64,000 nt of DNA from Myxococcota bacterium (GTDB lineage Bacteria > Myxococcota_A > SURF-8 > G963663525). Made by a program: the position numbers and the translations under genes. Below the pieces are notes generated by a model that saw only the letters and a list, made by a program, of their open reading frames with translations, was not told the DNA's origin and ran no database searches. The stretch covers positions 2,406,525 through 2,470,524 of the forward strand of contig CAXXHC010000001.1 in assembly GCA_963663525.2 (NCBI GenBank), written 5' to 3'. Positions within the stretch are counted from its first letter, which is position 1. The number at the start of each line of letters is the position of its first letter. This document shows positions 8,191-17,972 of the stretch, piece after piece.

Positions 8191-9690
8191 TCAAACCGTC
8201 TTCGCCTCGAATCCCTGCCTGATATAGCGCACGCGGCCATCCTGGAACACCATTTGCGGCCTTTTTAGATGCCGTGAGGATTGCAGCGGGTTGTTGCGGA
8301 ACACGGCGAGGTCCGCCCGTTTGCCGTCTTCGAGGCTGCCCAGCTCCCCTTCCAGGCCCATCAGCCGGGCGTTGTTCCACGTCGCCATTTTCAAGCCCTC
8401 GGCGCAGGGTACGCCGATGCTTTCGAGCAGCTCGATCTCCACATGCACTGCGCCGGGAAATACGAAGGGGATGCCACCGTCATTGCCGCAGCCGAAGGGG
8501 ACTCCGGCGTCATACAAGGCTTTTGCGTTGGCTTTCCCCATCGTGACGGCAGAGGTGAACACGTTCTGGTCGGGCCACGGAATCAAGTGCTTGCGCGTGT
8601 AGGATTCCGGGCGCGCCAGCCGGTTATAATAATCGAGGCTGCCGCGCACGAATTCCGGTTCCAGGTATTCGCGCAACAGGTCGGGGAGAATCCGCCTGCG
8701 CCAGCGGTCGAATTCCTGCATGTTCTCGTCCGCCCAACGGGCGTCGCCGGGGCTTCTGTGCGCCAGTCCGAAAGGCGCGGTCAACGTGGGAATCACGGCG
8801 GCCTGCGCGTCCTGCATCCGGCGTAAGTCTTCGTCGGTAAAGGGGAAATCGCGGATCACGTGCTGCATGTCGCGCACGCCGCCGTCCAATCCGGTGTTGA
8901 ATCCTCCGTGCTCGGTCTGGTGCAGAGCGACGGGCAATCCCTGGCGTGCGGCTTCCTCGGTGATGGCGCGCATCGTCTCCAGGTCCATGATCTTCAGCGG
9001 ACGTCCAGGAATGAAAAGTTCCCTCGGCTGCTGGAAAAGTTTGATGCAATGCGTTCCGTGGTCCTTGGCCTCCCGGACGGCTTCGGCCCCTTCTTCGGCG
9101 GAATGGACCATTTTCCAGTACTTGGGGTTGTGGATGGGGATCATTTTCGTCCCGTAGCTGCCCTCCACGCACAGTGCGCGGCTGGACAGAATGCGTGGGC
9201 CGAGGATCTCCCCGGAGGCGATTTTATCCGTGAGACTATCGAGCCAGTCGCCAAAGGCCAGCATGTCGCGCACGGTGGTCACGCCGTGGCAGATGCACTC
9301 CTCGGCGTTGCGTTCGGCCTGTCGTTCGAGCGAAAACAGCATTCCGGGACGCATACTGATGCCGCTGGGGAGCGTCATGTGGGTGTGAAGGTTGATGAGT
9401 CCCGGCGACACATACGCCCCGCCGAGATCCAGCGTTCGATCCGCTTTCGGGAGATGCGTGGAGGAACTGCCGATTCCGGCGATGCGCCCTCCACTCAAAC
9501 GCAACTGGTTGTCGGGAAGCAGCCTCCCATGGCGCACGTCCACCAGCCGGACGTTCGTCAGCAGCAGAGATTCGTCAGGCTGCACGAGGGGTTGCGGCGC
9601 TACGAGGCGGCTCGTGTTTTTCGAACAGGAAGCCGTCGCCGTGGAGGCGGCGACAAGAGCGGACAACTGAAAAAACTGCCTGCGGTCCAT
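8191..9690 (-). CDS. Amidohydrolase-superfamily metal-dependent hydrolase, Tat-exported
   Basis: N-terminus MDRRQFFQLSALVAASTATASC (twin-Arg signal). INLHTHM metal-binding HxH motif. Length 499 aa. Confidence 0.75.
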   Translation of the reverse strand: MDRRQFFQLSALVAASTATASCSKNTSRLVAPQPLVQPDESLLLTNVRLVDVRHGRLLPDNQLRLSGGRIAGIGSSSTHLPKADRTLDLGGAYVSPGLINLHTHMTLPSGISMRPGMLFSLERQAERNAEECICHGVTTVRDMLAFGDWLDSLTDKIASGEILGPRILSSRALCVEGSYGTKMIPIHNPKYWKMVHSAEEGAEAVREAKDHGTHCIKLFQQPRELFIPGRPLKIMDLETMRAITEEAARQGLPVALHQTEHGGFNTGLDGGVRDMQHVIRDFPFTDEDLRRMQDAQAAVIPTLTAPFGLAHRSPGDARWADENMQEFDRWRRRILPDLLREYLEPEFVRGSLDYYNRLARPESYTRKHLIPWPDQNVFTSAVTMGKANAKALYDAGVPFGCGNDGGIPFVFPGAVHVEIELLESIGVPCAEGLKMATWNNARLMGLEGELGSLEDGKRADLAVFRNNPLQSSRHLKRPQMVFQDGRVRYIRQGFEAKTV

Positions 9691-9702
9691 GGGTACTTTC
9701 CG

Positions 9703-10545
9703 TTATTTCGTGGGTGCGTCCTCGTGGGGAGCGCCGTGAAGTTTGCGCACGATGCGATCGGTCATGAATTCTCGAAGGCCGGGAAACAGCCGCTGGAAAA
9801 GGTAGACCATGCGCCCCTTTCGTCCGGGGATGATGACGGCCTCGTCGCGTTCCATGCCGTCCAACATACCACGAACACACTCCTCGGCGGTCATGACCCC
9901 GGCGTTGGCGTTGATCGCCTTGGTGACTTCCGGTTTGTAGCGGTTGGTTTCGGCCAGCAGCGGAGTATCCACCTGTACGGGACAGGCTACCGAAACATGA
10001 ATGCCGTAAGGTTTCATTTCGGCGCGTAAAGCGTAACTGAACCCGACCACTGCGAATTTTGAGGAACTGTAGCCGGTGTAGCCGTACAACCCCACGAGGC
10101 CGCTCATCGAGGACACGTTGACGATGTAGCCTTCCCCCTGCGGCTTCATGTGGGGCAGGCAGGCGGCGACCACGTTGCGAATGCCGTACACGTTGACTTT
10201 AAACATGTTGTCGAAACGCTCGTAGGTCATTTCCTCGAACACGATCGCCCCGCCCATTCCCGCACTGTTTACAAGGACATACGGCGCTCCGAAGGATTCA
10301 CAGGCATGGCCCAGCACTTTTTGCACGGCGTCGTGGTCGGTGACGTCGAGTTGCACCGCCTCGACGCGCTGATCTTGGGAAAGACATGCCTCGCGAATTT
10401 CTTGCTCCGCCTTCTCGCGGATTTCCTGGGAATCGATGGAAAACGAAAAGACGTTCGCGCCTTTCGAAGCGAACAGTTTGGCGGCAGCCAGTCCGATTCC
10501 GCTTGCGCCTCCGCTGATGAAAACGTTTTTACCGTTCAGTTGCAT
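9703..10545 (-). CDS. Short-chain dehydrogenase/reductase, 3-ketodihydrosphingosine-reductase-like subgroup
   Basis: Cofactor motif ISGGASGIG, catalytic YSSSK, and the tail P..VDTPLLAETNRYKPEVTKAI, which resembles KDSR-type SDRs. Subgroup call is from memory. Confidence 0.7.
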   Translation of the reverse strand: MQLNGKNVFISGGASGIGLAAAKLFASKGANVFSFSIDSQEIREKAEQEIREACLSQDQRVEAVQLDVTDHDAVQKVLGHACESFGAPYVLVNSAGMGGAIVFEEMTYERFDNMFKVNVYGIRNVVAACLPHMKPQGEGYIVNVSSMSGLVGLYGYTGYSSSKFAVVGFSYALRAEMKPYGIHVSVACPVQVDTPLLAETNRYKPEVTKAINANAGVMTAEECVRGMLDGMERDEAVIIPGRKGRMVYLFQRLFPGLREFMTDRIVRKLHGAPHEDAPTK

Positions 10546-10596
10546 GGCTCTTTCTTTCGCAATTTTTTACGGTTTGTCGTGTTTTTTCGCACGATG

Positions 10597-11895
10597 TTAC
10601 GCTTCGAAACGAACTTCCACTTTTTCAACCTTTGCAATGTCGTGCTTGTAAAACAGCGAAGCGACGAAAAACAGCAGGCTCGCCATCAGAGAGAACACCG
10701 GCAGGACGGTCAGGGCGATGGAAATTCCGTAGGCATCCGACATGAAGCCCACGAAAATCGGCCCCATCGAACTACCCACGAGGTTCTGCACGATGACGCA
10801 GAGGCTGTAGCTGGTCGCCCGAAGTCCCGGATGCACGACGTCCTGGGTCACCGCTGCCGCCGCCGGGACGAAAGCCGCCACCGAGACGCCTCCCGCGAGC
10901 AGTAGCACGTACTGGGCGTAGCCTTCAAGGCAGCCGAACGCCGTTATCATCAGAAGGGCGGTAGTCGCCGAGGAAATCATCGAAAAATGCAGCCGGGCGT
11001 TGGCGTGGGTTTTCTGCCAGCGGTCGGCCAGATATCCTCCGAGCGGTGCCCCGATAATGGCGAAAAGCATCACTGCGCTGCTTTTCAGGCCTGCCGTGGT
11101 TTCGTCCAGGTGTTGAATGCGGTGGAAATACGTCGGCATCCACGAGAGCAGCGCCGTGGTGACGAAGGTGTTGCCGGCGAAGGCGAAATAGGTGGCGATG
11201 AGCGATCCCGTGTGGGTGAATTCCCGCACGATGTCTTTTCGGGACATTTCCACCTGTTTGGCGCTTGAGGTGTCGTCGGCCACCGTTTTCACGAGTTCGA
11301 CGGATTCGTAATCCTTGGTCCAGAAAAACAGCAGGGCCACGATCATCCCTGGAAAAGCCACGAGTCCGAAGGCGTGTTGCCAGCCGAAATGATGCGCCAC
11401 CCAACCGCCGATGGCGATGCCGATAGCGCTGCCCAGGGGAATCGCAGCCGACCACAGACCGAGGAAAAGTGCGCGTTTCGACTTGGGAAACAGGGCCGAA
11501 ATCATCGCCGTGCCGCCGGGCGCGTATCCGGCCTCTCCGATGCCGATGGCCGCGCGAGCGATGAACAACTGGTGGAAATTCTTGGTAATGGCGCAGGCCG
11601 CCGTCGCAAGGCTCCACAAAAGGGCCATGATGGCGATACATTTCTTGCGGCTCCAGCGGTCGATGAACAGCGACACCGGAAAGGAAAACGCCAGGATCGA
11701 CCAGTACACGGCGGATACCAGCATACCGCATTCGGCGTCGGTCAGTCCCCAGTCTCGCTTGATGAAGGGGAACAGCGACGCCACGATCATGCGGTCGATG
11801 TAATCGAACATGTACAGCAGCGTCAAAAGCGTAAATACGTAGTAGGAATATTTGGAGGCGACGGGACTGTTTTCGCTGGAACTTCCTGTTTTCAT
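10597..11895 (-). CDS. MFS transporter, Spinster-like
   Basis: ATG at 11895 preceded by AAGGATCA. 12-TM-like hydrophobicity. N-terminal LLYMFDYIDRMIVASLFPFIKRDWGLTD is typical of Spinster-type MFS. The ORF-track start at 11973 is probably an over-extension. Confidence 0.75.
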   Translation of the reverse strand: MKTGSSSENSPVASKYSYYVFTLLTLLYMFDYIDRMIVASLFPFIKRDWGLTDAECGMLVSAVYWSILAFSFPVSLFIDRWSRKKCIAIMALLWSLATAACAITKNFHQLFIARAAIGIGEAGYAPGGTAMISALFPKSKRALFLGLWSAAIPLGSAIGIAIGGWVAHHFGWQHAFGLVAFPGMIVALLFFWTKDYESVELVKTVADDTSSAKQVEMSRKDIVREFTHTGSLIATYFAFAGNTFVTTALLSWMPTYFHRIQHLDETTAGLKSSAVMLFAIIGAPLGGYLADRWQKTHANARLHFSMISSATTALLMITAFGCLEGYAQYVLLLAGGVSVAAFVPAAAAVTQDVVHPGLRATSYSLCVIVQNLVGSSMGPIFVGFMSDAYGISIALTVLPVFSLMASLLFFVASLFYKHDIAKVEKVEVRFEA

Positions 11896-12088
11896 TGATC
11901 CTTTGGCCTTCCGCTGAAAATAATACGGGAAAAAACGCGCCTCATCATAGCGGGTTTGCCTTTTCCCTGCCACGGGAAAATCGGACTGAAAGCTGATTTT
12001 TCGCAGGAATTTTCCGCTTTTCGCGCCGACAACGACCCAAGCACGTCACAGTGCGTCAAAAAGTTCCAACTTTACGGATGCTTTTTGG

Positions 12089-13027
12089 CTATCGGTACTC
12101 GATGTCGTCCTCGTTGACGATCGTGAGGGTGCGCGCGGCGGGATCGAGCCGTACGAGGTGGTACACCGGCTCTTCGCAGTGTTTCAGGTCGTCGGTCATG
12201 TAAAACGATACGCCGTTCCACTCCACGTGGGCGAAATAGTGCTTGTGCCCCATAAACACTGCAAGCACCCGATCCTGATATTCGTCGATGAGTGCGATCA
12301 TCCCTTGGGCGTCGGGGAGGACTTCCTCGTGCGGGTCGATGAAGTGATGCCAGAACATCAGGGTGGGAAGCCCGGTTTCCAGCCGTTTGCGGGTCCAGTC
12401 GAGTTGTTCCTGTCCGAAGGAGGGATCGTCGTTGGTGTCGTGGTCCACCGCAAGGTCCGTGGCGTCGAGCATGAGAAATTGAAAGCCTTTGTGCTCGACG
12501 GCGTAATAGGGCGAGGGAAGGCTGGGCGTATCTCCGAAAACGTAATCCCACGACGCCGCCGGGCGGGCGCGGGTCTCGAAAGTGTCGAAATAACGATTGT
12601 CGTGGTTGCCGATCACATTGTACAGCGGCACGTCGTAGGAGCTTTCGATCAGATCCTGGTAGTTGACGAGCACCGGCAGGGGATCGTCGCAGTTGATATC
12701 GGGAAAGCAGAACAGGTCGTCCACGAGGTCGCCGGTGTTGACGATGAAATCCGGGCCGAGCGGGCCGATCTCCTCGGCGGCGTGGACGAAGTTGAGGTTT
12801 TGTTCCGAATCGTTCGAAAGCTGCACGTGGCTGTCGGAAATCACTGCGATCAGGAAGGCTTCGGCGGTGGCGTCGTTCTCGCCGGTATCCTCGATTTCGC
12901 TTGGAATTTCCAGGACATCGGTGTCCGCGTCCTGCGGCGGGGCGTTGTCTTCCGAGCAGGCGAATCCGGCGAAAAGCAGGAGGAAAAGCGCCCATGGCGC
13001 GAAAACGGAGCGGAAACGAAAGGTCAT
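12089..13027 (-). CDS. Calcineurin-like metallophosphoesterase lipoprotein
   Basis: ATG at 13027 (AAGGA 9 nt upstream) gives MTFRFRSVFAPWALFLLLFAGFAC-SEDN. Motifs GDLVDD, GNHDN and GHKH. Confidence 0.8.
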   Translation of the reverse strand: MTFRFRSVFAPWALFLLLFAGFACSEDNAPPQDADTDVLEIPSEIEDTGENDATAEAFLIAVISDSHVQLSNDSEQNLNFVHAAEEIGPLGPDFIVNTGDLVDDLFCFPDINCDDPLPVLVNYQDLIESSYDVPLYNVIGNHDNRYFDTFETRARPAASWDYVFGDTPSLPSPYYAVEHKGFQFLMLDATDLAVDHDTNDDPSFGQEQLDWTRKRLETGLPTLMFWHHFIDPHEEVLPDAQGMIALIDEYQDRVLAVFMGHKHYFAHVEWNGVSFYMTDDLKHCEEPVYHLVRLDPAARTLTIVNEDDIEYR

Positions 13028-13252
13028 ACCCTGCATCCTTGTCCAAAAAACGAAATGTTGCGCAAATGTAACACAAACCGCCCTCGATGAAAACGGGAGA
13101 TGTGCAGGAATCGGGCGAAGGGGTGCATCACAGGAAATTGTCATTTCTCTCCGATTGCATACCGCTCACTCCGAGTGCCGCCCTTAGGGCGGAAATTAAA
13201 ATAGTGCAAAATCTGCTTTTTCGTTTGAAACCTCAAAAAAGGGAGGATGAAT

Positions 13253-13357
13253 GTAGGGGCGGGTGAAAGGAGCATAGCGACTGTAGCCCCCCGTTCTGAC
13301 AGAGTTTTTCGGTTTCTGGGGAGCTCCGTTCACTTTGTTCACTACACTCGCCCCTAC
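13253..13357. repeat. GTAG-headed imperfect inverted repeat pair
   Basis: GTAGGGGCGGGTG (13253-65) and CACTCGCCCCTAC (13345-57), 12/13 complementary, about 80 nt apart. Confidence 0.4.
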
Positions 13358-14034
13358 GTTTTTTCTCCTTGGAATAAGGTGTATCGAGGAGTAAATGTTA
13401 TGGCTCGATACGATTTGCTTCGCAAATCACTCGTCATGAGCGGTTTTTGCAAAGTGGCAATTTTTTATGATGCACCTCAGGCGGAGGAATAGGTAGAAAT
13501 TTGTACGTTTTTGCATAAAAATGATCGAAATAGAGCAATATGGATCAATTTTTATGTGTGAGTGGTGTGTAGAAAAGATTAGTATATGGATGGAGAGACG
13601 TAATTTGAAGTACACTGTGAGGAAAAAGATGGCTACGAAAAAGTACAACAGGATGCTCGAAAGGATGCATTGAATTTGATCGTTGGAGCGACGACAGCTT
13701 GGAATGGAGGCGAAGCCCCTGGGACTCCGAAACGCATTCTTTTTAGGATTACGGATTGGCTTCTGAGTTCGTTCGGAGATTCCACGAATCATGAAAACTT
13801 CACCGCAAAGGAGAACACGCCCCCTGAAAGCTGCTCTTTTCCCCACAAACCTCTTGCCGTCTATCGTCCAAATCACAGGGGAATTGTCGTGCCTTTTCGC
13901 GAGATCGAGCACGAAAAGGCGGGTTTTCCCCGGAAATACCCGTTTGCTTCTCGTGGGTTTCGGTCGGGCAAACATTGCACGGCAGGCATCTTTGGGGTAC
14001 AACCGGGCGAGGGCATGAAAGAGGAGATCGAACG

Positions 14035-16170
14035 ATGAAAGCAATCATTCCGGTTTGGATCGTGCTGTTCGGGCTGGTTTTTCTAGGGTTGGGCTGCGAA
14101 GACACCAAGGGCCTGAGTGCGGGAGCCGACGACGACGCCGACAATTCAGGCACCACCGGCGATACGGACTACTACGAGTTGCCCGAAGCGGACACGGAAG
14201 ACGAATCCGAGTCCGAGACAACGCCCGGCGATACCGACACCGGAACGGACCGCGACCTCGACGACCTCGACGACGCCCCCGCCGAAGTCGAGCCGGAACC
14301 GGAAGAGGAAGAACTCTGCGAGTATGACCCGTTGACCGATTGCTTCCCCGACGTTGAGGGCGTGTTGTCAGGCTATTTCTGCTACATGAACAAGCTGTTT
14401 TACACCGAGCCGGGCTGTTCTTCCAGCGACGCCTGTCCCGAAGGCTGTAGCTGCGAATACGTCAAACAGTGCGACGAAAACTGCCAGGACGACGGCGACG
14501 GCGGGGCCTACTGCCTCGAAGATCCGCCCGTCGATGGAGATGAGGAAGAGGAAGCTGCGGGCGAGGTGGACGACCTTGACGAGAGCGAAGCCGACGCTAT
14601 CGAGATGGAAGAGGAAATCCCCGAACAAGGTCCGGACTACTGCGGTCCCGAAGGACGCCGCTGTGAACCGGAGGAAAACGAGGTCGCGGAGTGCGTCAAC
14701 GGAAGCTGCCTGTATTATTGCATGAGCGGTTTTGCGGACCTCGATCCCGAGATTCCCGGCTGCGAGTGTATGAAAACCGCCGAATACGACTGGCCCGACG
14801 CGCAAGGCGACGACGCCAACTGCGACGGCATCGACGGAATGCGGCTGGATGCGGTGTTTGTCGATGCGGACGCGGCGGACGGCGGTGATGGTTCCAGGAA
14901 TGCGCCCTTCGTCACCGTAGCCGAGGGCATCGAGGCGGCGTTGAACAGGGGGCGCGGGCAGGTGCTGATCGCTCGGGGCGACTATCTGGAGGAAATCCTT
15001 CTCGAATCGCTCGACCTTTCTCAACCCTTCGGAATTTTTGGAGGTTTCGAGCCTCTGGATAACTGGAACCGCACCGTCATGGCGACCAAGATTCGGCGCG
15101 GAAATCCGGCGATCACGGTTCGTAATGTCCAGGGCGAGCTACGGCTCGGTGGACTGAGCGTCGCCGGGACCGGCGGGCGCGAGCGTGGGGAGAACGGGTA
15201 CACCGTCTGGTTGGAGGACTCCGAGCAGGTCATCATCGACGATTGCTGGATCAACAGCGCGACGGGTGCGACCGGATTCGATGGCAGCGACGGCGGCGAC
15301 GGCACCGACGGCAACGGTGGTGGCCAGGGAGGCAACCACGATTGCATCGATAAAAACATTATCGACATCTGCACCGGCGGTTGCACGAGCGCCACGCGCG
15401 GCGCGGCGGGTTCGGTCGATTGCAACGGCCTCGATCCTCGCGGCGGTCGCGGCGGGACCAGCAGCGGCGACGGTGAAAACGGCTGGGGCGGTCTCGGTGG
15501 TCTCGGCGGTGATGGCAAAACGCAGGATCAGCCCGGCAACGCCGAAAACGGACAGAACGGTACCGACGGTTCACAAGGCGATCCCGGTGCGGCGGGCGAA
15601 GGCGGCGGCCTTGTGGGCGGCGTCTGGGTCGGCAACACCGGCGGAACGGGCGCTGTGGGTCAGCCCGGCGGCGGTGGCGGCGGCGGTGGTGGCGGTTCCG
15701 GCTACGGCTGCGCTTGCGACGGCAGTTGCGGCGGCGGCGGTGGCGGCGGAGGCTCCGGCGGATGTGGCGGATTGGGTGGCTCCGGCGGTGGACCGGGCGG
15801 CGGCTCGTTCACCATTTGGGTCATCGACACGCCATTGACGATCGTCGATACGCGCGTCAGCGGCGGCATGGGAGGTCGCGGTGGTGCAGGCGGCACGGGC
15901 GGCGACGGCGGCGAGGGTGGAAGCGGCGGAAATCCCGGCTCGACGGCGGGCGGCAGCACTCCCGGTCGTGGCGGCGCGGGAGGCGACGGCGGTCCCGGCG
16001 GGAGCGGCGGCGGCGGTGCGGGTGGCATCGCGGTGAATATCTTCGTGCTCTCCGGTCCCGCTCCGACGATCGACGACGCCTCCGAGCTGGCTCCGGGTGT
16101 TGGCGGTACGGGCGGCCAGGGCGGCACTCCCGGCGTGCAGGGCGCGGTGGAGACGATCCTCCAGCCATAA
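14035..16170 (+). CDS. Large secreted lipoprotein: acidic linker, Cys-rich modules, parallel beta-helix-like region, Gly-rich C-terminal half
   Basis: GAGGAG precedes ATG 14035. MKAIIPVWIVLFGLVFLGLGC lipobox. DGSRNAPFVTVAEGIEAA...ARGDY is typical of DUF1565/pectate-lyase-fold starts. Long GGxGGxGG tracts are interrupted by beta-strand-like segments. Confidence 0.8.
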   Translation: MKAIIPVWIVLFGLVFLGLGCEDTKGLSAGADDDADNSGTTGDTDYYELPEADTEDESESETTPGDTDTGTDRDLDDLDDAPAEVEPEPEEEELCEYDPLTDCFPDVEGVLSGYFCYMNKLFYTEPGCSSSDACPEGCSCEYVKQCDENCQDDGDGGAYCLEDPPVDGDEEEEAAGEVDDLDESEADAIEMEEEIPEQGPDYCGPEGRRCEPEENEVAECVNGSCLYYCMSGFADLDPEIPGCECMKTAEYDWPDAQGDDANCDGIDGMRLDAVFVDADAADGGDGSRNAPFVTVAEGIEAALNRGRGQVLIARGDYLEEILLESLDLSQPFGIFGGFEPLDNWNRTVMATKIRRGNPAITVRNVQGELRLGGLSVAGTGGRERGENGYTVWLEDSEQVIIDDCWINSATGATGFDGSDGGDGTDGNGGGQGGNHDCIDKNIIDICTGGCTSATRGAAGSVDCNGLDPRGGRGGTSSGDGENGWGGLGGLGGDGKTQDQPGNAENGQNGTDGSQGDPGAAGEGGGLVGGVWVGNTGGTGAVGQPGGGGGGGGGGSGYGCACDGSCGGGGGGGGSGGCGGLGGSGGGPGGGSFTIWVIDTPLTIVDTRVSGGMGGRGGAGGTGGDGGEGGSGGNPGSTAGGSTPGRGGAGGDGGPGGSGGGGAGGIAVNIFVLSGPAPTIDDASELAPGVGGTGGQGGTPGVQGAVETILQP

Positions 16171-16196
16171 AATCGAGCACTTCCGACGAGGCCGTC

Positions 16197-16853
16197 ATGC
16201 CTTCTTTCGACATTCATCGCGCCATGGAAATTCTCCGCCGGGTGACGCCCCAGTGGCAGGAACCCATCGTGACCCAGATGGTGAAACGCAAGCGCGATCC
16301 CTATAAAGTATTGATTTCCACGATGATTTCGTTGCGCACGAAGGACGACGTCACCCGCGAGGCGTCCGAGCGGCTCTACGAGTTGGCGGACACCCCGCAG
16401 GCCATGCTCGATCTTTCCGAGGACGCCATCGCCCAGGCGATCTATCCCGCCGGGTTTTATAAAACGAAAGCGCGGGACATCCTCGCCGCGTCGAGGCGGA
16501 TCGTCGAGGAATTCGGCGGCGAAACGCCCAAGGATATCGACACGTTGACCACCTTCCGGGGCGTGGGACGCAAGACGGCCAATCTCGTGCTCACGCTGGG
16601 CTACGGGCTTCCCGGCATCTGTGTGGACACCCACGTCCATCGTATTTGCAACCGTTGGGGCTACGTGCGCACGAAAACCCCGGACGACACCGAGAAAAGG
16701 CTGCGAATGAAGCTGCCGAAAGAATACTGGATTCCCATCAACGACCTGCTCGTCACCTACGGGCAGAACCTTTGCGCGCCCATCTCGCCGTGGTGCTCGA
16801 AATGCGAGCTGTCCGAGTTGTGCCGCAGGGTCGGCGTACACAAAAGCCGCTGA
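16197..16853 (+). CDS. nth: Endonuclease III (DNA glycosylase/AP lyase)
   Basis: Internal ATG at 16197. HhH-GPD pattern LTTFRGVGRKTANLVL, catalytic D in CVDTHVHR, and C-terminal 4Fe-4S cluster Cys pattern CAPISPWCSKCELSELC. Confidence 0.9.
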   Translation: MPSFDIHRAMEILRRVTPQWQEPIVTQMVKRKRDPYKVLISTMISLRTKDDVTREASERLYELADTPQAMLDLSEDAIAQAIYPAGFYKTKARDILAASRRIVEEFGGETPKDIDTLTTFRGVGRKTANLVLTLGYGLPGICVDTHVHRICNRWGYVRTKTPDDTEKRLRMKLPKEYWIPINDLLVTYGQNLCAPISPWCSKCELSELCRRVGVHKSR

Positions 16854-17104
16854 GTTTTTTTCACCACCCCTTGACATTCCCCCGATTTCGGTCCATAAAC
16901 CCCCGTGCGATGGAATGCTTCCATTGCCGCACCGGCGTGAACCGCCGAGAAAGAGTCTGGATGCTTGCGCCCCTTGTTTGCTGGTAACTGATTGATTCTA
17001 CAACTCGTTTCGCCCATTCGGGCGCGACTGACTGCGGGTTTCGCCGCCGGAAAATATTGGCTTGTCCTTCCGGCGTGTATCCCGAGCAAACAAGGAGCAT
17101 TCCC

Positions 17105-17857
17105 ATGTCCGACGAACGATTCTGGACGTTTTTTTTCGAACTTTTCGAAACTCTCCCACGACAAGGACCGGGCCTCGACGCCTTCACCGACAAGGCGCTC
17201 GGATGCCTGCCACCATTGACCGCCGACCGGCGCATCCTCGATATCGGCTGCGGCACCGGGATGCAGACCCTCGCGTTGGCGCGCCGTTGCGAAGCGGAGA
17301 TCGTCGCCACGGACCTGCACGCCCCGTTTCTCGACATCTTGAAACGCAACTCCGAACGGGAGGGCCTGGGCGGTCGCATCGAGACGCAGGTGGCCGACAT
17401 GGCCGACCTGCCTTTTGAGGACCGCTCTTTCGATGTGCTGTGGGCCGAGGGCTCGATTTTCATCATCGGCTTCGCGCGCGGGCTTGCCTCGTGGCGGCGG
17501 CTGCTGAAACCGGACGGCCACCTGGTCGTCTCCGAACTGACCTTTTTCGAGGAAGACATCCCCGCCGAGTTGCGAGAAGTATGCTTTCCCGATTCGGATG
17601 AAGACGCCGGCCTCGAAGGCCGACGCCGGGCCATCTCCGAGGCGGGCTATACGCTGCTCGACGAATTCCCGCTGCCGCGCGAGGGGTGGTGGGAGGCCTT
17701 CTACCTTCCGGTGCTGGAGCGGCTCGATGCTTTCGAGCGTCGCCACGCCGGGCAACCCGAGGCGAAGGCCGTCGTGGAGCGCTTCCGCCACGAAATCGAC
17801 GTGTTCGAGCGCTACTCCGACCTGTACGGCTATACGTTCTTCATTATGAAGCGCTAA
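17105..17857 (+). CDS. Class I SAM-dependent methyltransferase
   Basis: ATG at 17105. Motif I ILDIGCGTGMQT. FDVLWAEGSIF post-motif. Confidence 0.8.
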   Translation: MSDERFWTFFFELFETLPRQGPGLDAFTDKALGCLPPLTADRRILDIGCGTGMQTLALARRCEAEIVATDLHAPFLDILKRNSEREGLGGRIETQVADMADLPFEDRSFDVLWAEGSIFIIGFARGLASWRRLLKPDGHLVVSELTFFEEDIPAELREVCFPDSDEDAGLEGRRRAISEAGYTLLDEFPLPREGWWEAFYLPVLERLDAFERRHAGQPEAKAVVERFRHEIDVFERYSDLYGYTFFIMKR

Positions 17858-17880
17858 TACCGGACTTATCGGCACGCACA

Positions 17881-17924
17881 CGCCGCCCGGAACCGGCGAA
17901 GCCGGTTCCGGGCGGCGTTTTTTG
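17881..17924 (+). terminator. Rho-independent terminator of the methyltransferase gene
   Basis: CGCCGCCCGGAACCGGC-GAA-GCCGGTTCCGGGCGGCG followed by TTTTTTG. Confidence 0.9.
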
Positions 17925-17972
17925 TTCTGGCGGATGTTTTACGGGGATTTGGGGGAAAAGTGAGCGGTGGTC

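Noticed and set aside
13427-14044. 205-aa minus-strand ORF in the AT-rich divergent intergenic region
   Set aside because: Low-complexity and hydrophobic/basic junk. It crosses the AT-rich core, has no RBS, and overlaps the start region of the Gly-rich lipoprotein gene.
15702-16877. 391-aa minus-strand ORF, Pro-rich, spanning the end of the Gly-rich gene and all of nth
   Set aside because: It is the antisense shadow of GGC-rich Gly codons (giving PPP tracts) and of a well-supported nth gene. It has no start context and no domain.
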